Of a stretch of 64,000 nt of DNA, positions 1 through 12,000 are shown in pieces. The position numbers and the translations under genes are program-made. The stretch is from a virus (Duplodnaviria > Heunggongvirae > Uroviricota > Caudoviricetes): positions 224,001 to 288,000 of IMG/VR virus record IMGVR_UViG_3300010049_000009. One strand, given 5' to 3'. The notes under the pieces are model-generated. The model had not been told where the DNA came from and did no database searches. It saw nothing but the letters and a program-made list of their open reading frames with translations. Position 1 is the stretch's first letter. Each line of letters starts with the position of its first letter.

Positions 1-3000
1 CATTATAGCTGTTTGAACATTTCGATAAGTTGAGGGTCCGGGTGCTATAACATGTGAAACCCCCGTAACATCAAATGGTACACCCATTGCTCTTACTTCA
101 CAACTTACCTGATGTAATCCACCAACCGTTGGTTTATAAATCATTGTGTTGGGAGTTTCGTGTGTTTCTGAATTTTGGGTAACAGTGTGTATTATTACAT
201 TATTTATTCTTATAAAAAAAGTGTATTCGTATGGTGGCATTGAACCACTTGGTACACAGACCGCTGTAAAGGTGTCTTTTGGACCATCTACCCACATATT
301 TACTTGATTGGTTGTACCATCTATGTTTAGTGTAGCAGATAACGTTGTTAAACGCCATATAGTAATGGGTTCACAAACAAATGTTATAGCATCAGCAGCA
401 GTTGATTCAAATATAGTACAACATACTTCAAGTGGTACGTTATGTCTAGCACTAACATTCATATTAGCATCGGTCTGCGTCCATGTATTAGAAGTTTGTG
501 AAGCAGCAGTTAATAATACAGCACCCGTGTTCTTGTTACGTAAAGAAAACACATATCTATAAGTATTACCATTTGGATTTGGTGGACTTGGTGTCACTGT
601 TGCTGTAAACGATCCCAAATTACTAACTGTGACCAATCGGTTATCAGGTATTGTTATAACACCTGTTAATGGGAATATTACAATGGGTACTACAACATCT
701 GTATCTGATATGGTTGTAGTACCTGTGTGGCGTATAAACCCATCTTTTCTTATTGTATAAGGATATGTGCCTTGTAAAACCTCAACTTCATATGTGCCAT
801 CATCATTATTTTCAATATCATTAGGAATATTAGTAGTAATAATATTTGCATCTACTACCGGTTGTCCACTAACATTGAAAGAAATATCATAATTCTTATA
901 GAAAAAATCTCCACCACCAGCGGTTATATCAAAGGTCAAAAGGAAACTTTTCTTAACAAGTACAACTTCAACTACTTCGTCAGCGTGGTCAATAGTAACA
1001 TCACCCTCTACTGAATCATAATTATCTTTTGATACATTCCAATCATATTTACCATTTTTGATAAATGTTGTATATGTTCCGTTGTTATGGTTTATTAAAG
1101 AAATTGTTAATTCGGGGTCTGAATCAACAACTTCAATTATAGCATCCGTAATTGGGGTGTTTGTTCCCTCTTCCGAAACAATGAACTTTAATTCGTGTGT
1201 TAACGGTTGAAGTTCAACTAATACCTCAACATCTTGTGGTATGTCACCATCCGCTACGACTGTTCCTGTTTCAGGATAATATCCTTCTGCGGACACATCC
1301 CAAGGATATGTACCGTTTTTCAGTGTTGTTATATAATAACCACCACCAATATTTTCTATTTCAAGTTCAGGGCACAAAACAGTTGCGTCAACTATGTGTT
1401 CACGTGTCCTTTTATCTATCACTTCAAAAATTATTTTATGTACCGCGTCTATTTGAAAACGTAAATCTATTACATCTTCTCCGCAGTCATTTGCAACTTT
1501 TAATTTGACAGTATATTCACCATACCCTGTTGGTGTACCACTAAGTACACCATTTGAATTGATTGTTAAACCAGCAGGCATTGTTCCTTCGACCGACCAA
1601 GTACCTGGACTACCACTGTGTTGAAATGCACCACCTCTTGGTTCACCCATTATGGCGTGAATATAACCAGCATATTGTATTTTTGGGGGACCACAAATTA
1701 TCAAAGTAATATCCTCAATCACCTCACAACAAACACTTCTAAATCGCACCGTGAAAGTAAATTCACCAAATACTTCGGGAATACCGCTAATCAAACCTGT
1801 TTCCTGATTTAACATTAATCCTGTTGGTAAAACCCCCACAAATACCTCAAAAACACCCGGTGTTCCGTCATTTTTTAGTTGTATGTTTATTTCTTCACCT
1901 TCTATAATTTCATATTCTTCTTCACTAACGTTATCTACCGGTGAACACACAAACATATGAATCATATGTTCTACATCACCGCAATAATTTTCCGCTTTTA
2001 TTGTGAAATAAAAATCACCAAATTCTTCTGTTATTCCGCTAATATTACCTGTTTCACCATCCAAAATTAAACCTTGTGGTAAACCTTTCTTACCACCGGC
2101 AGCGACTATATCTGCGGGTATTTCCCGATCCACTATTAACCAAGCGTGGGGTATCGTTCCTTCAAACATTATATTTGCTGAATATTCGTCACCTAATTCT
2201 GTGTACAAATAATTTGTTGTTACTTCCGGTTTTCTACAAACGAACATTGTTACTTCTCTTTCGTCTTCACCACAAGAATTTTCAACTTTTACGGTAATTG
2301 TGAAGTCACCAAACATTGCCCAATCGCTTGGAACACCGGTAATTTCACCTGTTTCAGGATTCAAACTTAATCCCGGTGGTAAGTCTGTCCATTCTCTCAC
2401 ACCTTTGGTAATTGACCACGTTGCGGGTTTTGTACCAAACGCTTCTAATTGTTGTGAGTTTTCTTCTGCAATAACAAATTCGATATGTGGGGTTATAACG
2501 GTTGGTTGAGCACACACAAACATATGAATAGTGTGTTCTACCTCACCACAATAATTTTCTACTTTTACGGTGAACAAGAAGTTACCAAATGTTAATGGTG
2601 TCCCACTAACTTCACCTGTAAATTCATCTAACATTAAACCTTCGGGTAATCCATAAACATAACCCTCTAATTGTGCCCATTCAGGTAATTCACTATCAAC
2701 TATTGACCAATAATCGGGTGTTGTACCTTCATATTGAATATTTGCTGAATATTCGTTGTTTAACAAACCATACAAATAATTTGTTGTTACTTCCGGTTTT
2801 CTACAAACGAACAATTCTATTTCTTTTTCATCTTCACTACAAGAGTTTTCAACTTTAACAGTAATTGTGAACTCACCAAACATATTCCAATCAGTTGGAA
2901 CACCTGTAATTTCACCTGTTTCAGGATTCAAACTTAATCCTGGTGGTAAGTCTGTCCAACTATTTACACCTTTTGTTATTGTCCATGTACCTTGTGTACC

Positions 3001-6000
3001 GAAAGATTCCAATTGTTGTGAGTTTTCTTCTGCGATAACAAATTCAACTCCTTCGGTTAATACTTCTGCTTTACCGCAAACGTATATATGTAATCCTATT
3101 TCGTGTTCACCACAGTAATTTTCAAGTCTTACTACTACGTCAAAGTCACCAAACTCGGTTGGTACACCTGTTACCCATCCTGTTTCTTCGTCTAATTCCA
3201 AACCTTCCGGTAATTCACCTTCAACGATTGACCAAATTCCGGGTGAACCAAAGAATCTTAATTCTCTTGGGTGTTCTTCATCCATTACTAATGCCAAACT
3301 AGTTGTTTGAACTTCGGGTTTAGCACATATAGAAATATTTATTAATTTTACATCCTCACCACAATCATTGACAAATTTTGCTACAAAACTAAATTCACCA
3401 AATTCGGTTGGTGTTCCAAATATTACACCTTCGGCGGTAATAAATAAACCGTTAGGTAAAGAACCTTCGGCGATTGACCAAGTTCCTTCTGAACCTATTA
3501 CTTCTAATTGAACTTCACTTTCTTCTTCAAGAACAAATTCAATATCTTCGGTTATAACGGTTGGTTTTAAACATACAGTAAAATTAACTTCTTTTGTTGC
3601 TTCACCACAAGCGTTTTCAACTTGTACGGTGATAGTGAAATCACCCGATTCTGTTGGTACGCCACTCATAACACCTGTCTCTTCATCTAATTCCAAACCT
3701 TCCGGTAATTCACCTTCAATAACAGTCCATTTTCCTGGTCTGCTACCTGTGAATTGGAATTGTTGTATAACGTTATCATCTACTACGTAGAAATTATCTA
3801 TTTCACCTATAATGTTTGGTAATTGACAAACAAATATTACAACTATTCTTGTTGCTTCACCACAACTATTTTCAAGTTTTACTTCAAAATGGAAGTGTCC
3901 TGATACAACCGGTGTTCCGCTAACTTCACCTGTTTCGGTATTCAAAGTTAAACCTGTTGGTAATGCGCCGTTTATAATACTCCATGTTCCTGGTGTACCA
4001 TCTTGTTCAAATTTTGCTGAACCCGCTTCGTTTAATCTGAAATCCATGTGGTCGTTAGTGATAATCGGTAATCCACACATAAACATATTGATCACCTGTG
4101 TATCTTCACCACAAGGGTTAGTTACTTTTACAGTGAATGTAAAATCACCAAATTCTCTTGGTCTCCCACTGATTTCACCTGTTAATTCATTCAATCTCAA
4201 ACCTTCGGGTAATGTACCATCTATAATTTTCCATTCACCTTGTGTTCCGTCATTCGTTAATTGGAATGATATTCTTCCTTCCATTACAAATTCTAGTTCA
4301 CTTGCACTTGTAATAGTTGGTGTAGCACACACGGTTATATGCACTTCTTTTGTTGCTACGCCGCAATGGTTAGTAAGTTCAACTGTAATAGGGAAGTCAC
4401 CAAATTCGGTCAATGTTCCGCTGATAACACCTGTATTAGGATTCAATGTGAAATTGTTTGGTAATGTACCTGCAACAATTTTCCAAGTTCCTGGTGTACC
4501 TGTTGATAACAGTTGTTGTTCTGACTGTGTTCCCATTACAAAACCCATATTTTCGGTCAAAACGTTTGGTAGTCCGCACATAAATATATGTATTGGTTTA
4601 TATGCTTCACCGCAATAGTTGGTTACTTTTACTATTAAATGGAAGTTACCAAATTCAACTGCGATACCACTGATCAAACCTGTTTCAATATCCAATTCCA
4701 ACCCCACCGGTAGTTCACCCTCATGGATTGACCATGTTCCTGGTGTACCGAAGTGTGTTAATTGTAGGTTAATTTCATCACCCATAACATAGTCGAAATA
4801 TCCTGGATTTGTTACTTCCGGTTTTCCGCAAACAAAGATACTAATTTCTTTTTCCGCCTCACCGCAAGGATTTTTAAGTACCACAGTGAATAAAAATTCA
4901 CCCATTTCAGTTGCTGTTCCACTAATAACTCCTGATTCACTATCCAATGATAGACCGTTTGGTAATACACCTTCTGTGATTTCCCAAGTTCCTGGTCTAC
5001 TTCCTGTGAATTGAAGTTGTTGTGAACTATTTTCGTTTAATATAAAATCAAATTCTTCGCTTGTAATGTCAGGTAACTTACAGATAAATAGATTTACCTC
5101 TTGTGTTGCTTCACCACAAGGATTTGTTATTTGTACAGTGAATTTGAAGTGTCCCCAAACTGTTGGGATACCACTTATTTCACCTGTTTCTTCGTCTAAT
5201 TCTAAACCTGTTGGTAATGAACTACCGTCAGCAATTGACCACAAACCTTCTGTTCCAAAGTTTTCCAATTGGATTGAAATTTCATCGTCAAATACGGTTT
5301 CAAATGTATTTGGACTTGTAACTACCGGTTTTGCACAGATAAACAAGTCAAATTCTTTCATATCTTCACCACAAGGGTTTTCTATTTTCACTGTGAAGAA
5401 GAAATTACCAAACTCTGTTGGAATACCGCTTATCAAACCTGTTTCGGTGTTTAGTGATAATCCGGCTGGTAACAATGAAGGGGTTTCGTCTGAATATGTG
5501 ATAATACTGTTTTCTACAAGCGACCAAGTTCCTGGTCTGCTTCCTGAAAACAATAATTGTAATTCGTTATACTCATCCATTACGAAATCTACTTCGGTAT
5601 CATTCAATATAGCGGGTTTTCCACAAATGAACATATCAATATCTTGGATTGCGTCACCACAGGGGTTAGTAACCGACACAGTAAATTTGAAGTTACCAAA
5701 TACTGTTGGAACACCATAGATTTCACCTGTTTCTTCTTCTAAAAACAATCCGGCTGGTAATTCACTATCAACTAATGACCATACACCTTCTGTTCCCGAA
5801 GATTCTAATTGTGTATAACCTTCTTCACCCATTACAAAATTTGATATACTGTTACCACTTGTAACTTCCGGTTTTCCACAAACAAACATATCAATATGTT
5901 TAGTATATTCACCGCAAGGATTTTCTATTTTTACATAGAAACTATAATCACCGAATACGGTAGGAGTACCGAAAATTTCGCCTGTTTCACCATTCAATTC

Positions 6001-9000
6001 TAATCCTGCTGGTAACTCACCACACACGATTGTCCAAGTTCCTGGTCTACTTCCTGAGAACATAAGTTGTTCTGAACTTTCTTCACCCATTACAAACTCC
6101 ATATACGGGCTACTTACAACCGCAGGTTTTCCACAAATGAACATATCAATATTTTGAACTGCTTCACCGCAAGGATTTTCAACTTGAACAGTAAATTTGA
6201 AGTTACCAAATACCATTGGGTTTCCATAAACCTCACCTGTTTCAGCGTCTAATACCAATCCCATAGGAAGTTCACCCTCTATTACTGACCATACACCTTG
6301 TGTTCCGTCAGAAGTGAGTTGTGCTGAACCGTCTTCACCCATTACAAATGACATACTACTACCGCTTGTAACACTTGGTTTTCCGCAAGTAAATATAGTA
6401 AGTTCTTTTGTAGATTCGCCGCAATGATTTTCTATTTTCACAAAGAAACTAAAATCGCCAAATTCGGTAGGTGTACCACTAATTTCGCCGGTTGTAGGAT
6501 TCAATGTTAATCCTGTTGGCAACTCACCACACACGATTGTCCAAGTTCCTGGTCTGCTTCCTGAGAATGTCATTTGTTCAGAGTGTTGTTCACCCATTAC
6601 AAATTCCATATCACCACTTGTAACTTCCGGTTTTGCGCATATTTGAATAGAAATTGTTCTAGCGTCTTCACCACAAGCGTTTTCAATTTTAACGGTTATG
6701 GTATATGTACCTGAAACTGTCGGTGTACCACTAATTATTCCTGATTCTCCTTCTAATTCCAAACCATTAGGTAAATTACCATTCATAATTGTCCACACAC
6801 CTTGTGTACCCGAAGCAGTTAGTTGTTCTGCACCGTACTCATTCATTACAAAGTTCAAATCACTTGTGTTTGTAACAGTTGGTTTGGCGCATACAGTAAT
6901 ATTAACTACTTTTGTATCGTCACCACAAGGGTTAGTTATTTTAACAGTAATTGGGAATACACCATATTCTGAAAGTGTTCCACTGATTACACCTGTTTCA
7001 CCGTTAAGAGTAAAACCTGTTGGTAATGCACCGTCTATAATTTCCCAAGTTCCTGGTCTGCTTCCTGAGAACACTAATGTTTGTTCTGATGGTTCACCCA
7101 TTACAAACCCCATATCACCACTGATGACACTTGGTTTTCCACAAATGAACACGTCTATATCTTGTGTTGCTTCACCACAAGGATTAACAACTTTTACACT
7201 AAATTTATAATTACCAAATACGGCTGGTGTACCACTCACAACACCTGTCTCACCATTCAGTGTCAGACCTTCCGGTAGCGAACCACCTGAAATTGACCAA
7301 ACACCTTGTGTTCCTGACGAAGTTAGTTGTGCTTCACCTACTTCACCCATTACAAATTCCATACTACTACCACTTGTAATAGTTGGTTTTGCACAAGTAA
7401 ATATGGTTATATCTTTTATATCTTCACCGCAAGTATTAGTAATTTTAACAGCAACGTCAAATATTCCAAATTCAACCGGAGTACCGCTGATCACACCTGT
7501 TGCTGTGTTCAGTGATAATCCTGTTGGTAAATTACCTGTTACTGACCAAGTTCCTGGTCTGCTACCGTCAAACAATAGTTGTTTTGATGCTGCTTCACCC
7601 ATTACGAACTCCATATCACCACTTGTAACAGTTGGTTTTCCGCAGATAAATATATCCAATGTTTGAGTTGCTTCACCACAAGGATTAACAACTTTTACTG
7701 TTGCAACAAAGTTACCAAATACGGTAGGAATACCACTAACAAGTCCTGTATCAGCGTTCAATGTTAGACCTGCTGGTAATTCATCTACTACTGACCAAGT
7801 ACCTTGTGTTCCGGCTGATGTTAATTGTGCAGAACCTGCTTCACCCATTACGAAACCCATACTACTTCCACTTGTAACACTTGGTTTTCCACAAACGAAT
7901 ACGTTTATTTCTTTTGAAGCGTCACCACAAGGGTTAGTTACTTTCGCAGTAAATGCAAACTCACCAAATTCGGTAGGTGTTCCTGACACAATACCTGTTT
8001 CAGGCTCCATAGTTAATCCGTTAGGTAATGAACCGGCAGTGATTTCCCACATACCTGGTCTTGTACCTGAATAAACTAATCTTTCCAATCCTACGTTACC
8101 CATTACGAACTCCATATCACCGCTTACAACCATTGGTTTTTCGCAAATATGGATAGATATTGGTTGTGAGTTTTCACCACAAGGGTTAGTTATTTTTATT
8201 GTGAAACTATAACTACCTGAAACAACCGGTGTACCATTTACAATACCTGTTTCGGCATCCAATGTTAATCCTTCCGGTAATGTTCCGATAATTGACCACA
8301 ATCCCGCTGTTCCCGAAGACTCTAACTGCGCTGAACCTGCTTCACCTTTTACAAAATTCATTTCAGCACAACACAAGATTGTTGGTTTTGCACATATATT
8401 AATGTTTATTACTTTACTATTTTCACCACAAGCATTTTCAATTTTTGCAGTAAATTCAAAGTCACCGAATACGGTCGGAGTTCCGATAATAACACCTGTA
8501 TCAGCGTTGAATGTCAATCCTGTTGGTAATGTACCTTCGATACTCCAAACTCCTGGTCTACTACCTGAAAACTCTAATTGTTGTACCATAGGATTACCCA
8601 TTACAAGACCCATATCACCCGTCAAAACGGTTGGTTTAGCACAAATTGCCATAGTTATATTTTTCGTTGCTTCACCACAAGGGTTAGTAATTTTCGCTGT
8701 GAAGTTAAATCCACCTGCTACTGTCGGTGTACCACTAATTTCACCTGTATCGGTGTTCAATGATAAACCTTCCGGTAATGTTCCGCTTGAAATTGACCAA
8801 GTTCCTGCTGTTCCCGAAGAAGTTAATATCGCCGAACCGGATTCACCCATTACGAATGACATATGATTGTCGCTTGTAACTGTTGGTTTAGAACAAGTAT
8901 TGATTGTTATATCTTTTACATCCTCACCACAAGGGTTAGTTACTTTTATACTAACAACAAACTCACCAAATTCCGCTGTTCTTCCGGTAATTAAACCTTC

Positions 9001-12000
9001 GTCATTCATTGAAAGACCTGTTGGGAAAGCACCACCATCAAGTGACCAAGTTCCCGGTCTTGTGCCTGCGAATAACAACTGATGTGAAATTGTATCACCC
9101 ATTACTATATCCATATCACCACTTATGATTGATGGTTTTGAACAGATATATAATAAGATTGTTTTAATTGCTTCACCGCAAGGATTTTTGAATTTCACTG
9201 TGAAACTATGTGTTCCTGATACTGTTGGTGTTCCACTAATAACGCCGTCTGCACTTAATGACAATCCATTAGGTAACGATCCGTTATCAATTGACCAAGT
9301 ACCTTCTGTTCCTGTTGCTTCCAACTGAACCGAACCCGCTTCATTCATTACGAAATCACCGTGGTCACTTACAATATTAGGTCTTGCACATATTGTTATG
9401 TTTATAGTTTTACTTGCTTCACCACAAGGGTTTTTCACTATCAAAATAACGTCAAACTCGCCAAATTCGGTTGGAGTTCCACTGATAGTTTCATTTTCTG
9501 CGCTGAAAACTAAACCTGTTGGTAATGTTCCTTCGATAGACCACTCACCAGGTCTTGTTCCTGCAAATTGTAATCTATGTGTAGTTGCTTCACCCATTAC
9601 AAGTGTCATATCGTTAGTTACAACTGATGGTTTTGCACAGATAGAAAGATTGATAGTTTTGCTAGCGTCACCACAAGAGTTAGTAACTTTCACAACAAAA
9701 CTGTAATTACCTGATACGGTTGGTGTTCCACTAACCTCACCTGTAACTTCATTCAGACTTAAACCTGTTGGTAATGCACCACTTTCGATTGACCAAACAC
9801 CTTGTGTTCCTGTTTGTTCTAACAGCGAAGAACCTGGTTCGTTTATAACGAAACTCATATCACCGCTCATAATAGCGGGTTTAGAACAAGTGTTCATGTT
9901 TATATTTTTGCTTCCAACTCCACAAGGGTTAGTAACTTCTACTGTGAAGTTAAATTCACCAAATTCAGGGGTCATACCGCTGATTACACCTGTGTTAGGG
10001 TTCAATGCCAATCCCAACGGTAAATTACCTGCTACGATTGCCCAAGTTCCCGGACGACTACCTGTGAAACGCAATTGATGTGATACAGGAGTATTTTGTA
10101 CAAAGTCTAAATCACCTGTTACAACAACCGGTTTTGCACAAACATTAAGGTCCATTGGTTTGTTTGCTTCACCACAAGGGTTAGTTATTTGAACGGTAAA
10201 TTTATAACTTCCTGACGCAGTTGTCATTCCACTTATTTCACCGTTAGCACTCAATGTCAATCCTTCCGGTAACGCACCACTTATGATTGCCCAAGTACCT
10301 TCTGTTCCTGTTGCTTCCAATTGGAACGCGAATGGTTCACCAGCCACAAAATCAATATTATTACCACTTGTAATAACAGGTTTTGCACAAGAGAACATAG
10401 TTATTTCTTTTGTATCCTCACCGCAAGGGTTAGCAACTCTTACTGTAACAGCAAAGTTACCAATTTCGGTTGGAGTTCCGCTAACAATACCGTTTGTACT
10501 CATAGTAACACCATTCGGGAAACTACCGCTAACGATATTCCAACGACCTGGGCGACTGCCGCTAAATTCAAGTTGTTTTGACATCGGTACGTTTGCCAAG
10601 AACTCTATGTTACTTACAATAACAGTAGGTTCAGCACATACGAATATATTAATACTTTGAATTGCCTCACCACAAGGATAAACAACTTTTACAGTGATCG
10701 CAAAGTTACCCGATTCGGTAGGTACACCGCTGATTAAACCGGTTGAAGGTCTTAAAGTAACACCGTTTGGTAAATCACCTTCTACTGACCATCTTCCTAA
10801 TGTACCTGTGTAAGCCAATTGGAATGAAACTTCCTCATCTAATTTAAAGTTTATGTTATTAGCACTTGTAATTTGTGGTTTAGCACATACAAATATGTTA
10901 AATATTTTTCTTGCAACACCACAAGTGTTTGTCATTCTTATAACAACAGAGAAATCACCCGATTCTGTTGCAACACCGCTGATAACGCCGTCAGCACTCA
11001 ATGTCAAACCAGCAGGTAAAGCACCCGATAATACTACCCAAGTACCCTTTGTTCCTTCCGATTCTAATTGGTGAGAAACATTATCACCCATTACAAATTC
11101 CATATCTTCACTTGTAATAGCAGGTAATCCGCACACATATATAAGCATTTCTTTTGTTGCTTCACCACAATCATTTGTAACTTTCACGGTTATATTGAAA
11201 TCACCGAAAACAGTAGGATTACCACTGATTATACCTGTTGCAGCATCCAATGAAAGACCTGCCGGTAGTGTACCACCAACGATTGACCAAGTACCTTGTG
11301 TTCCAAATGAAGTTAATTGTTCAGAGTGTTGTTCAGTCATTACAAAGTCGAATTTACCGCTACTTGTAACTTCCGGTTTAGCACACACGAACATATTTAT
11401 TTCTTGTTCTTTTTCACCACACTCATTTATTGCTTTAACAGTAAAAGTAAAGTCACCAAACTCGGTAGCAACTCCGCTTATAACACCTGTTTCGGTGTTC
11501 AATTCCAAACCTTCCGGTAATACACCTTCTGAAACTTCCCAAGTTACAGGTTCTGTTCCAACGAATTGTAATTGAACCGATTTTGCTTCACCCATTACAA
11601 ATCCCATATCACTTGAACTTGTAATTTCAGGTTTTCCACAAATATCTATTGTTATAGGTTTATTGACGCTTCCACAAGGATTTGTCATTATAACTGTTAT
11701 TTTAAATTCACCGAATACGGAAGGTGTTCCACTAATTTCACCTGTTACACTGTTCAATGTTAAACCAGCCGGCAAACTACCTTGAACTGACCATACACCT
11801 GTTGTGCCTGATGCTTCCAATTGAATAGTTTTTTCTTCACCCATTACGAAATCCATATCACCACTCAAAATAGCGGGGAATACGCAAAGTGTAATAACAA
11901 CGACAACATCTTCGCCGCGTACTTCTACAACACCGTCTTCTATTTCATAACCTGTTTTTGTTACACTGTATTCGTGTGAACCGTCTGTCAAATGAGTAAC

